Below are positions 49,906 to 58,403 of a DNA stretch of 64,000 nucleotides, piece by piece. Every line of letters starts with the position of its first letter. Within the stretch, counting starts at the first letter, position 1. The notes under the pieces were generated by a model. That model did no database searches, was not told the DNA's origin, and was given only the letters and a program-made list of their open reading frames with translations. The position numbers and the translations under genes were made by a program. This DNA is from an uncultured bacterium (GTDB lineage Bacteria; Bacillota; Clostridia; Christensenellales; CAG-917). Location: NCBI GenBank assembly GCA_949432885.1, contig CASQXY010000005.1, positions 25,619-89,618 on the forward strand. The letters run 5' to 3'.

Positions 49906-51041
49906 AGCTCCTCGTACGCTCCTAGGAAGGAGAAATTCTCCGCCTTGGTCGCTATTTCCGCAATAAGATTCTGCACGCGCGTATCGCGCACGTCCGCGTC
50001 GAAATCGAAGTAGAAATTAAACTCGAACGGGCTGTCGGGTATGGGACGCGATTCCAGCTTGGTGAGGTTCAGCCCGAGCGCGGAAAATCTGTTGAGAAGT
50101 CTGTTCAGACTTCCGGCCTCGTGAGCGAGATTTGCGGTTATGCTTATCCTGTTCGCGCCCTCGTACACGCGCAGCTGTTTGGATATCACAATGAAGCGAG
50201 TATAATTGTTGTTGCTGTCGTTCACTCCCGCTTTAAGCGTTTTAAGTCCGTAAATATCCGCGCATTCCTTGGAGGATATGCACGCGATATCGTCCCTGCC
50301 GCTCTCGGCGACAATCTTCGCCGCGACCGCCGTATTGTCGCATCTCGTGATTTTGACGTCGCCGAGCTTTGCAATCAGCTCAGCGCACTGCGACAGCGCT
50401 TGGTCGTGGGAAACGATTTCCTTTACGCCGCTCAGCTCCGTTTCCTTTCTTGCAAGCAGATAGTGCTTCACTCTCAGCTTTATACCGCGCACGATACAGA
50501 ATTTATGTTTGAGCATTAGGTCATAAACGCCGATTACGCTCCCCACCGTACTGTTTTCGACGGGCAGAACTCCGAACTCGCAAAAGCCCTTTTCCACCGC
50601 AGAAAAAACGCCGTCCCAGTTACGGAAGCATGAAATGGACGGAATCTCAAACATCTTTTCCGCCGCTATACAGCTATATGCTCCGGGTATACCCTGACAC
50701 GCTACGCTCGCCTGAATCGGGAAAGGCTTCACGCCGTTTGCAAGCGCGGCGCGTATTTCGTCCTTTATCGGGGACTTGCAATCCATCACGCCGTACTGAT
50801 ACGCCTTGCTCGTCTCAAACAGAGTGCCGAAGACCTGCTTCGCATACAGTTTGAGTTCGTTCGGCATAGTCGCTGCAACCCTGCTCACGATTTGTTTCTC
50901 CCTTTCGACGTTCTCGACAGGCAATCCGTTTTCCGTCTTATCTTTGGCAACGTCAAGCGCAAGCTCCATACGCTTTACGTACAGCTTCGCAATCTCGTCA
51001 TCGATTTCGTCGATACGTTTTCTCACGTCCTGCAAATTCAT
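49902..51041 (-). CDS. pheA: Bifunctional chorismate mutase / prephenate dehydratase (P-protein, with C-terminal ACT)
   Basis: The CM helix is LQDVRKRIDEIDDEIAKLYVKRMELA. The PDT domain has ACQGIPGAYS and LPVENSTVGSV. The ACT region is ESRP. The ATG at 51041 has GAGGTGA upstream. Confidence 0.9.
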   Translation of the reverse strand: MNLQDVRKRIDEIDDEIAKLYVKRMELALDVAKDKTENGLPVENVEREKQIVSRVAATMPNELKLYAKQVFGTLFETSKAYQYGVMDCKSPIKDEIRAALANGVKPFPIQASVACQGIPGAYSCIAAEKMFEIPSISCFRNWDGVFSAVEKGFCEFGVLPVENSTVGSVIGVYDLMLKHKFCIVRGIKLRVKHYLLARKETELSGVKEIVSHDQALSQCAELIAKLGDVKITRCDNTAVAAKIVAESGRDDIACISSKECADIYGLKTLKAGVNDSNNNYTRFIVISKQLRVYEGANRISITANLAHEAGSLNRLLNRFSALGLNLTKLESRPIPDSPFEFNFYFDFDADVRDTRVQNLIAEIATKAENFSFLGAYEEL

Positions 51042-51122
51042 ATTCTCACCTCTATTTGACGCAAAATCAGAGTTTATCTGTTGATTTTGCACCATAATCA
51101 TTTGATTTGGTATTTCTTATAC

Positions 51123-52250
51123 CTATTTTATGTAAAGCTCTATGGCGTCTCTTATCTTCAAAGCCTCGTCGAGAAGCGCGAGCGCGACCGCGCTCTCCAC
51201 GCACGGCACCGCTCTCACCGCAATGCAGGAATCGTGCCTGCCCTTTATGCTGAGCTCGCATTCTTTCAATTCGGAAAGATTAACGGAGCGCTGAGGCTTT
51301 GATATCGACGGCGTAGGACGGAAAGCGACGGAAAGCGTGACCGCCATTCCGTTGGATATGCCTCCGTTTATTCCTCCACTCCTGTTTGTAAGAGTGCGCA
51401 CGCTTCCGTTTTCAAGAGTAAAGCAATCGTTCGCTCCGCTTCCCCGCATTTGCGAAAGTTCAAAGCCGCTTCCGAACTCCACCCCCTTCACCGCCGGTAC
51501 GGCGTAAACGGAATATGCGATCTTGCTCTCCAAGCCCTCGAACAGCGCGTCTCCGAACAAGCCCGCTTCGAGACCGCTCACAACGCATTCCACCACTCCG
51601 CCCACACTGTCGCCATCCGCGGCGGATACGCGAATCTCCTCCGTCAAGCGCTCGCGCGCGCTCTCGTCCAGCAAGGGTAAATCGCTGTCTTTTATACGAG
51701 CTTCGTCCTCCTCGCTCACTCCGCGCAAAGCGACGTCCGTCGAGGTCTTATAGCTCGCGCCCTGCGCTCCGCCAACGCTTGCGAGGTATGCGCACACGCG
51801 TATGCCCATGGTCTTTAAAAGCTCTTCCGCTATGCCTCCCGCTATGCAAAGAGGCGCGGTAAGCCTTCCCGAAAACCTTCCTCCGCCCGTTGAGATTTTC
51901 CCGTCCTTCGCGTATGCGGCATAATCCGCGTGCGAAGGTCTCGGCACGCATGCAACGCCGTCATAATCCTTAGGTCTGACGTTGCCGTTCTTTATGCGGA
52001 TATCGATTGTGCCGTCAACGGCGTAGCCCTCTTCCGCTCGTTTCAGTCCGCTTATTATGACGGGCTCGTCCTCTTCCTTTCTAGGCGTAGCCCAAACACC
52101 TCCGCGGCTCTTTCTCCTATCCAGCATGCGTTCGGCATCTTTCAAAGTAAGCTCAGTTCCGCGCGGAAGACCGCCCATTCTCACGCCTATCTCCTCGGCA
52201 TGGGACTCGCCGAATATTTCGATTTCCAATTTCTCGAAATTTGATTTCAT
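51123..52250 (-). CDS. aroC: Chorismate synthase
   Basis: FGESHAEEIGVRMGGLP, RPSHADY, GGRFSGR and GSGF. The start is set at the MKSNFEK ATG (52250); the 64-codon upstream extension is Arg-rich and overlaps aroA. Confidence 0.88.
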   Translation of the reverse strand: MKSNFEKLEIEIFGESHAEEIGVRMGGLPRGTELTLKDAERMLDRRKSRGGVWATPRKEEDEPVIISGLKRAEEGYAVDGTIDIRIKNGNVRPKDYDGVACVPRPSHADYAAYAKDGKISTGGGRFSGRLTAPLCIAGGIAEELLKTMGIRVCAYLASVGGAQGASYKTSTDVALRGVSEEDEARIKDSDLPLLDESARERLTEEIRVSAADGDSVGGVVECVVSGLEAGLFGDALFEGLESKIAYSVYAVPAVKGVEFGSGFELSQMRGSGANDCFTLENGSVRTLTNRSGGINGGISNGMAVTLSVAFRPTPSISKPQRSVNLSELKECELSIKGRHDSCIAVRAVPCVESAVALALLDEALKIRDAIELYIK

Positions 52251-52273
52251 ATCAGTACCGTCCTTATATCGCT

Positions 52274-53584
52274 TCAATCGATGTCGATATCCGCGCCCAA
52301 GCCTTTTACGTGCTCGATAAACGTCGGATAGGACTTGTTTATACACTCCGCTCCTTCGACAACGCTTTCGCCCTCCGTACAAAGAGCGTCGACAATAGCG
52401 CTCATAGCCATACGGTGGTCGCAAAAGCCGCTCGTCCTGCACGCTCCGTGCCGTCCGCCGTATATCGTCAGCACGTTGCCGCAGTACTCCGTCCTTATCC
52501 CGAAATCCGCAAGCATACTCATGACCGCCGCCAGTCTGTCGCTCTCCTTATCTCGGAGTCTGTCCACGCCGGCGATATGCGAAACTCCGTCCGCAAAGGA
52601 AAGCGCCGTCGCCATAATCGGCACTAAATCGGGGCAATGTCTGCAATCGAAGTCTATCGCGCGAAGTGCGCTCTTTCTTGCGATTACGCAGTCCTCCGAA
52701 ACGGAAATAGCCGCACCCGCTTCGCGCAGCAGCTCTACGACAACCCTGTCGCCCTGCCGCGAATGGGGATTGAGACCGTGCGCTTGCACTTCTCCCGTCA
52801 AAACTCCCAGCGCGAGCATGAAAGCGGCGGAAGACCAGTCACCCTCGACCTCCAAACTCTCGGGCGAATCGTACGCCTGATTTCCCTCGACGTAAAATCC
52901 GTCTTGCTCCTTTCGGATTCGTATTCCGAAGTCCTCAAGCACTCCTAGTGTAATATCCACGTAATTCGCAGACACAAGCTCTCCGCATATTCGTATACGG
53001 CTGTCGCCGTCGAGCAAAGGGAGCGCCATAAGCAGTCCCGTTATATACTGCGAGCTTACGCCTCCGTCTATTGTGTACAAGCCTGCCGTAAGTCTGCCCG
53101 AAACGCGCATAGGAAGCTGGGCTTCGCCCGTCCTATCAAACCTAGCGCCGTGCTCTTGCAGACAGTCCGTAAGTCCGCATATGGGTCTGTCTTTCAGTCT
53201 GCCTTCTCCCGTAATCACGCACTCGAAACCGAGAGCGCACGCAACGGGCAGCAAAAATCTTAAAGTTGAACCGCTCTCTCCCGCATTGAGCAAAGGCAGG
53301 GCGCATACGTCTTCCGCCGAGGATTTGCAAGCTCCGCAATTTGAACCGTTTTCGCAGGTCGCTTCGCCGCTTCCGCCGCCGCAAAGTCCGCGTCTGTACG
53401 CGCCTATTTTAGCCGACATAATTTTCAAACAGCTTTCTGTCGCCGCAGTATCCTTTCCGCCGTTTTCGAGCGTCATAAAATTACCCGAAAGAGCCGCGGC
53501 AATCATCATTCTGTGCGCCACGGACTTCGACGGAGGAATTTCAACGCTTCCGCATATTCGGGATTTTTTCACTCTTACATTCAT
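52274..53584 (-). CDS. aroA: 3-phosphoshikimate 1-carboxyvinyltransferase (EPSP synthase)
   Basis: PPSKSVAHRM, NAGESGSTLRFL, RLKDRP and DHRMAMS. Confidence 0.92.
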   Translation of the reverse strand: MNVRVKKSRICGSVEIPPSKSVAHRMMIAAALSGNFMTLENGGKDTAATESCLKIMSAKIGAYRRGLCGGGSGEATCENGSNCGACKSSAEDVCALPLLNAGESGSTLRFLLPVACALGFECVITGEGRLKDRPICGLTDCLQEHGARFDRTGEAQLPMRVSGRLTAGLYTIDGGVSSQYITGLLMALPLLDGDSRIRICGELVSANYVDITLGVLEDFGIRIRKEQDGFYVEGNQAYDSPESLEVEGDWSSAAFMLALGVLTGEVQAHGLNPHSRQGDRVVVELLREAGAAISVSEDCVIARKSALRAIDFDCRHCPDLVPIMATALSFADGVSHIAGVDRLRDKESDRLAAVMSMLADFGIRTEYCGNVLTIYGGRHGACRTSGFCDHRMAMSAIVDALCTEGESVVEGAECINKSYPTFIEHVKGLGADIDID

Positions 53585-53597
53585 AAACCCACGTTTA

Positions 53598-54641
53598 TCA
53601 TACGTTAATGTATCTTTTAAACTCGTTTATCGTCATTTTCTCGATTACGCAGCGTCCTATACCTTTATACAGAATTACGGAAATGCCGTCATTCCCCTCC
53701 GCCTTTTTGTCGAGCGCGAAATCGTCGGATATTTTGAGTTTTTCACATGACAGCCGCATCCCGTACTTATCCAGCAAGGACAGAATTCCGTCATAATCCG
53801 CACCGCCGATATCTCCGTGCTCCTTAGCGGCGCGCACCATAATCTCTATTCCGTTTGCAACGGCGACTCCGTGAGGAATTCGGAAATCACTCGCCTTTTC
53901 TATCGCGTGTCCGACGGTATGCCCGAAGTTGAGCAGTTTGCGCTTGCCGCCCTCCCTTTCGTCGGCGACGACTATATCCGCCTTGTACTTCGCGCAAAGC
54001 TCCGTAAACTCGCCGATATTTTCTTTGAGGTTTCCTTTGAGAATTTCCAGTATTCTTCCGCCCGAAAGGCACGCGTATTTTATCCCTTCGCCTATGCCGT
54101 TTTTCCATTCGTACTCCGGCAGAGTTTCAAGCGTCAGCTCGTCGACGACAACGGCTTTGGGCTGCCAAAATGCCCCGAGCAGGTTTTTACCCTGCGGCAA
54201 ATCCACGCCCGTCTTGCCGCCTATCGAGCTGTCAATCATTGCGAGCAAAGAGGTGGGCGCCTGCACTATATTTATTCCGCGCATATAAGTCGCCGCGGCA
54301 AAGCCCGCGAGGTCTCCGACAACTCCGCCGCCGAGAGCGACAACGACGTCAGTGCGTTTGAATCCGCAATTCGCAAGCATTCCGATTAAGGCAAAATAAC
54401 TCTCGGGCGTTTTGGATTTTTCCCCCGCAGGAATGACGTGTACAAACGGCTGTATTCCCTCCGCCGAAAGCGAAGCGGATACTCTTTCTCCGTAATGCCC
54501 GCGCACGTTTGTATCTGTCACGACAAGCGCCTTTTCCGCACGGGGAGAACGCTCCTTCACAATCTCGCCCGCGCGGTCTATTCCGCCTCGCGCAAAGATA
54601 ATCGGATATGCGGGATTTAGCTTCACAATATACTCTTTCAT
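53598..54641 (-). CDS. aroB: 3-dehydroquinate synthase
   Basis: ALGGGVVGDLAGFAA, GGKTGVDL and FGHTVGHAIE. The ATG at 54641 overlaps the tyrA stop as ATGA and has AAGGA 9 nt upstream. Confidence 0.92.
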   Translation of the reverse strand: MKEYIVKLNPAYPIIFARGGIDRAGEIVKERSPRAEKALVVTDTNVRGHYGERVSASLSAEGIQPFVHVIPAGEKSKTPESYFALIGMLANCGFKRTDVVVALGGGVVGDLAGFAAATYMRGINIVQAPTSLLAMIDSSIGGKTGVDLPQGKNLLGAFWQPKAVVVDELTLETLPEYEWKNGIGEGIKYACLSGGRILEILKGNLKENIGEFTELCAKYKADIVVADEREGGKRKLLNFGHTVGHAIEKASDFRIPHGVAVANGIEIMVRAAKEHGDIGGADYDGILSLLDKYGMRLSCEKLKISDDFALDKKAEGNDGISVILYKGIGRCVIEKMTINEFKRYINV

Positions 54642-55492
54642 TGTTTCCATTCCTTTTCCGCTTTTTCGGACTCCGTTTTGCACCGAGTGGAACGCATGAG
54701 AAACTCGCGCAAAGCGCTTTCATCCTTATCCGCCAAATACTTTCTAAGCTCCGCAAACCTTGACATAATATCGTCGATACAGGATATCAAATTGTCGCCG
54801 TTTTCCAGAAACAGCTCCGTCCACATATCGGCGTCCAACCTAGCCACGCGCGTCAAATCCTTGAAGCTCCCTGCGGAGTATCCCGCGTGCGCGGACGAAA
54901 GCGGATTCTGCACGTAACAGCCCGAAGTCGCGTGCGCGAGCTGAGAGGTATATGCAATCATTCTGTCATGCTCTTCCGCTCCGGCATATTGAATACCCCT
55001 CGCGCCGACGTCCGTAAACATATCTGTCACAATTTGGCGCCTAAGCGAATCGCAATTTACGTTGACGATTATGACATACGCGTCCGCGAACAAATCTGGC
55101 GTGGAGTTGTCATAACCGCCGAACTCCTTCCCTGCCATGGGGTGTACAGATATAAAGTGCAAATTCGGACAGTATTCCGCAATCTCGCGCATGCCGTCTG
55201 CGACAAATCTTTTTACGCCGCAGATATCAGCAACAATAGCCCCGTCTTTAAGCCTAGGGCATATCCTGCGCATCTCGTCAATCGCGGCTTTGGGCCGCAA
55301 AGCGAATACGACCATATCCACCGTTTTGAAATCGCCGTCTGCAAGCGCGCGGGTGAACGCTTTATCGGCGGAAGCCTTTTCGAGCACGCACACGTCCATA
55401 TCCAAGCCGTATACCTCGTGCGAAGTATACTTCATCAGCGCCTTTGCAAGCGACGCGCCCATAAGCCCCATTCCGACAATGCCTATTTTCAT
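54638..55492 (-). CDS. tyrA: Prephenate dehydrogenase
   Basis: MKIGIVGMGLMGASLAKAL (Rossmann fold), HPMAG and GSFKDLTRVA. Confidence 0.9.
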   Translation of the reverse strand: MKIGIVGMGLMGASLAKALMKYTSHEVYGLDMDVCVLEKASADKAFTRALADGDFKTVDMVVFALRPKAAIDEMRRICPRLKDGAIVADICGVKRFVADGMREIAEYCPNLHFISVHPMAGKEFGGYDNSTPDLFADAYVIIVNVNCDSLRRQIVTDMFTDVGARGIQYAGAEEHDRMIAYTSQLAHATSGCYVQNPLSSAHAGYSAGSFKDLTRVARLDADMWTELFLENGDNLISCIDDIMSRFAELRKYLADKDESALREFLMRSTRCKTESEKAEKEWKQ

Positions 55493-56505
55493 CAGTCAAG
55501 CTCCTTTCCCACAACGGGCAGCATCCTGCCGACGCAATCCACCACGTCCGCAAACTGTTCGGGACGAAGTGACTGCGCTCCGTCGCACAGCGCGTGCGGC
55601 GGGTCGTTGTGCACCTCTATGATAAGGCCGTCCGCGCCCGCTCCGACCGCGGCGAGGCTCATGGGCTTTACGAATCTGGAAATACCGAGCGCGTGGGAGG
55701 GGTCGACGATTACGGGCAAGTGCGTGCGCTCCCTGAGCACGGGGATAGCGGACAAATCCAGCGTATTTCTCGTATACGTCTCGTAAGTCCTTATGCCGCG
55801 CTCGCAGAGTATGACGTTGGGGTTGCCCTCCGACATAATGTACTCCGCGCTCATAAGCCACTCCTCGACGGTCGCGGCAATTCCGCGCTTCAAGAGGATG
55901 GGCGTTTTCAGCTTTCCGAGCTTTTTGAGCAAGTCGAAGTTCTGCATATTGCGCGCCCCGACCTGCATAACGTCAACGCCCTCGAAATCGTCTATATGCT
56001 CCTCGCTCATAATCTCGGTGACTATGGGCATTCCCGTCTCCGCCTTCGCCTTTTTAAGCAGTTTCAAACCGTCAACACCCATTCCCTGAAAGGAATAGGG
56101 AGAGGTGCGCGGCTTAAACGCTCCGCCGCGAAGCAGAGTCGCGCCCGCCCTTTTGACGGCCTCTGCGACATCGATAATCTGCTTTTCGCTCTCGATGGAG
56201 CACGGACCCGCTATAATCTGAAAATGCCCTCCGCCGAACTTATGTCCGCCCACGTCGATAACGGAATCCTGCGGATGAAACTTGCGGTTTACGTTTTTGT
56301 AGGGCTCCTGCACTCTCGTCACATTCTCCACGATATCGAGAGTACGCACAAGGTCTATATCCACCTTGGACGTATCGCCCACAAGCCCGACTATGGTGGA
56401 GTTTTCGCCCTCGCTGATATGCACGCCGAGCCCCAGCCCCTTTATCCAATTGATAAGATTGTCAACCTGCGTTTTTTCCTGATTTTTTTTGATTACGACT
56501 ATCAT
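55492..56505 (-). CDS. aroF: 3-deoxy-7-phosphoheptulonate (DAHP) synthase, type I-beta with N-terminal ferredoxin-like regulatory domain
   Basis: IAGPCSIES, GATLLRGGAFKPRTSPYSFQG and IVDPSHA. There is a 65-aa N-terminal extension as in the Thermotoga-type enzyme. SD GAAGAGGA lies upstream. Confidence 0.92.
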   Translation of the reverse strand: MIVVIKKNQEKTQVDNLINWIKGLGLGVHISEGENSTIVGLVGDTSKVDIDLVRTLDIVENVTRVQEPYKNVNRKFHPQDSVIDVGGHKFGGGHFQIIAGPCSIESEKQIIDVAEAVKRAGATLLRGGAFKPRTSPYSFQGMGVDGLKLLKKAKAETGMPIVTEIMSEEHIDDFEGVDVMQVGARNMQNFDLLKKLGKLKTPILLKRGIAATVEEWLMSAEYIMSEGNPNVILCERGIRTYETYTRNTLDLSAIPVLRERTHLPVIVDPSHALGISRFVKPMSLAAVGAGADGLIIEVHNDPPHALCDGAQSLRPEQFADVVDCVGRMLPVVGKELD

Positions 56506-56598
56506 ATATCCTCTTCGCGCAATAACGCGCTTTTTTGTCTTTATTTATAGATAATATAACATTAAGTATATTATCGCAAGAAAAGAGCGTCTTATTAT

Positions 56599-56625
56599 AA
56601 AAAAACCGACACCGTTAGGTGTCGG
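56599..56625 (-). terminator. Intrinsic terminator within the aro operon leader (attenuator)
   Basis: Minus strand reads CCGACACC-taac-GGTGTCGG followed by TTTTTTT, 94 nt upstream of the aroF ATG. Confidence 0.8.
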
Positions 56626-56658
56626 GACTATCCGCTTTTTCCGCACACCTGAACGCAA

Positions 56659-56718
56659 CTACGCTTTGTAGCCGAAGTAAAAGTAAAATGCGAAAAACTT
56701 GTTGAATTTCTTTTCCAT
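56659..56718 (-). CDS. Candidate aro operon leader peptide MEKKFNKFFAFYFYFGYKA (19 aa, 6 Phe + 3 Tyr)
   Basis: Hand translation gives ATG GAA AAG AAA TTC AAC AAG TTT TTC GCA TTT TAC TTT TAC TTC GGC TAC AAA GCG TAG. It is too short for the ORF track. It lies between a promoter-like element and the attenuator terminator. Confidence 0.65.
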   Translation of the reverse strand: MEKKFNKFFAFYFYFGYKA

Positions 56719-56724
56719 ACGATA

Positions 56725-56753
56725 AGTGTACAGTCAGCCGCGCCTTTTGTCAA
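56725..56753 (-). promoter_or_regulatory. Candidate promoter of the aro operon
   Basis: Minus strand reads TTGACA-17 nt-TACACT. The -10 element ends 6 nt before the leader ATG. Confidence 0.45.
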
Positions 56754-56814
56754 CACGAAATTTGAGCATTATCCGCGTTCGGCATAAAAACTATACTCGG
56801 CTTGCGCTCATTCG

Positions 56815-56843
56815 TTGACATGCTAAATACTCGGTCATATAAT
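56815..56843 (+). promoter_or_regulatory. Sigma-70-type promoter of the FMN-riboswitch/ribU unit
   Basis: TTGACA-17 nt-TATAAT, 14 nt upstream of the riboswitch. Confidence 0.6.
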
Positions 56844-56856
56844 TCTTATATCAAAA

Positions 56857-56976
56857 TTCTTTGGATAGGGGAAACCCAACCGGTGGTAATGCCGCAATGC
56901 GGACGAGCCCAACAGCCCCAACAGCCGATATGGTGAGATTCCATAGCCGCCTGTCAAGTCAGACTGGGAAAGAGTT
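56857..56976 (+). promoter_or_regulatory. FMN riboswitch (RFN element)
   Basis: TTCTTTGGATAGGGGAAACCCAACCGGTGGTA...GAGCCCAACAGC...GATATGGTGAGATTCCATAGCCGCCTGTCAAGTCAGACTGGGAAAGAG matches the RFN consensus blocks (AGGG-GAAA-CCC, ACCGGYGGTA, AGCCC, GGTGAnATTCC, AGCCGACAGT-AAGTCnGGA, GGGAAAGA). Confidence 0.85.
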
Positions 56977-57081
56977 TGTCATAAACGCCTGCCTACGCGC
57001 AAGGGTATTTTCGTATTGCATACGCAAGCAGTATGCAAATCCTTACATATCCAAACGCCGACTTTGCGTTATGCCATTCTT

Positions 57082-57107
57082 TCTCCGCCGAAAACGGAGA
57101 TTTTTTT
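57082..57107 (+). terminator. Riboswitch expression platform: terminator hairpin that also sequesters the SD
   Basis: TCTCCG-ccgaaaa-CGGAGA followed by TTTTTTT, immediately before the ATG at 57108. The 3' arm contains the only SD (GGAGA). Confidence 0.7.
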
Positions 57108-57740
57108 ATGAAGGAACAAAGCAGAAAAAAAGCAACCTCACACGTTTCACAAAAAGCCTTGCGCTTTACGACAAGAGCCGTCGCCTACACTGCGCTGATG
57201 ACGGCGCTCGTATACGTGGGCACGCTCGTAGGATATTCGGGCAACCTTTTTTACTTCAACCTAGGAGACTCGGTTATCCTCATCGCCGCGGCGCTTTTGG
57301 GACCCGTATCGGGTGCGATTGCCGGAGGGCTCGGCGCATTCCTCGGCGATTTGACGGTTTATCCTGTCACAATGCTGTTCACACTCGCGATAAAGTTTAT
57401 CGAAGGACTTGCGGCGGGTTTGCTGTTCAGGATAATTTACAAAAAATACGACAAATGCGTCTGCGTTCCCGAAGATGAGCGCGGAGCGGACTATCCCCTG
57501 CTCAAACGCAAGGCGGATGTTCTGAAAATCGTTTTCTCCTGCCTCGCGGGACTCCTGTCGACGGCGATAATGTTCGTAGGATATTTCATTTGCCAGACCT
57601 TTATGTACGGCACGTACGCGGGCGCGATTGTCGCGCTTCCTTTCGACGTAGCGCAGGGTGTGATTTCAACCGCAGTCGCAATTCTGTGCTTATACGCTCT
57701 GAAACTCGAAAATTTCAGATATAAACTCAAAAACAAATAG
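57108..57740 (+). CDS. ribU: ECF transporter S component, riboflavin-type (RibU-like)
   Basis: A 210-aa protein with 5-6 TM segments, preceded by an FMN riboswitch: TALMTALVYVGTLV, NLGDSVILIAAALLGPVSGAIAGGLGAFLGDL. The start is set at the MKEQSRKK ATG. Confidence 0.75.
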   Translation: MKEQSRKKATSHVSQKALRFTTRAVAYTALMTALVYVGTLVGYSGNLFYFNLGDSVILIAAALLGPVSGAIAGGLGAFLGDLTVYPVTMLFTLAIKFIEGLAAGLLFRIIYKKYDKCVCVPEDERGADYPLLKRKADVLKIVFSCLAGLLSTAIMFVGYFICQTFMYGTYAGAIVALPFDVAQGVISTAVAILCLYALKLENFRYKLKNK

Positions 57741-57812
57741 GAAGCCCGAAGACCTCCTATTTACAAACTGTATTACGTTTTATAATTATAACGCTATAAT
57801 CGTCTTGCCGAT

Positions 57813-58343
57813 TTATTTCGCCGTGCCGTAAACGCTTCCTCCATTGCGGTCTACGGCTACTATGAGCGGAAAATCTTCTATGCAAAATTTATATATCGCC
57901 TCCGTGCCAAGCTCGGGATAAGCAATAAGCTCCGAGTGCTTTATACAGTCGGCGTACATTGCGCCCGCACCGCCTATCGCCGCGAAATACACTCCGCCGT
58001 TTCTCCCGATAGCGCGATACACTTCTTCGTTTCTGTCTCCCTTGCCTATGCTCGCGGCAAGCCCGCTGTCATAAAGCGAGGGAGCGTATTTATCCATTCT
58101 CATAGCGGTAGTCGGACCTGCGGAAATAGGTTCGCCGTCCTTGAAGCACGCGCCTACGTAATATATCGCCTGTCCGTCAAGAGGAATGGGCAACTCCGCT
58201 TTGCTTGCTAACCCCTCGAAAAGTCTTTTATGCGCCGCGTCTCTCGCGGTGTATATAGTGCCTGAGAGCAGAACTCTGTCCCCCGCCCGTAATGAAGCCA
58301 GCTCATTTCTGTCAAACGGCGCGTTTACTCTTTTCCAATCCAT
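57813..58343 (-). CDS. Class I (Fe-S) fumarate hydratase, beta subunit (C-terminal domain type)
   Basis: LRAGDRVLLSGTIYTARDAAHKRL, GPTTAMRMD and AIGGAGA. Confidence 0.88.
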   Translation of the reverse strand: MDWKRVNAPFDRNELASLRAGDRVLLSGTIYTARDAAHKRLFEGLASKAELPIPLDGQAIYYVGACFKDGEPISAGPTTAMRMDKYAPSLYDSGLAASIGKGDRNEEVYRAIGRNGGVYFAAIGGAGAMYADCIKHSELIAYPELGTEAIYKFCIEDFPLIVAVDRNGGSVYGTAK

Positions 58344-58403
58344 AATCCTTCCCTTTTATGCCGCCTCCTCGGCAATACGTTTGTCAACGCAAGTATGGCA
58401 TAA

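Noticed and set aside
52251-52442. A 64-codon N-terminal extension of chorismate synthase. There are similar extensions on PEPCK (45980-46102), malic enzyme (59122-59397), fumarase alpha (59241-59336) and pheA (51042-51101).
   Set aside because: The extensions are Arg-rich or nonsense, overlap neighbouring genes and lack an SD. Internal ATGs have good SDs and match the family N-termini.
52900-53400. A Cys/Gly-rich stretch in EPSP synthase (RRGLCGGGSGEATCENGSNCGACKSS), considered as a possible novel insertion.
   Set aside because: It falls in a loop region that varies in length among class II EPSP synthases, and the net insertion is only about 10-15 residues. That is not enough to claim a new domain without an alignment.
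56506-56860. T-box riboswitch upstream of the aro operon.
   Set aside because: I looked for the conserved T-box core (AGGGUGGUACCGCG-like) and for specifier-loop architecture on the minus strand. Only GGTGTGCGG is present, and the leader is too short (about 120 nt). The leader-peptide model fits better.
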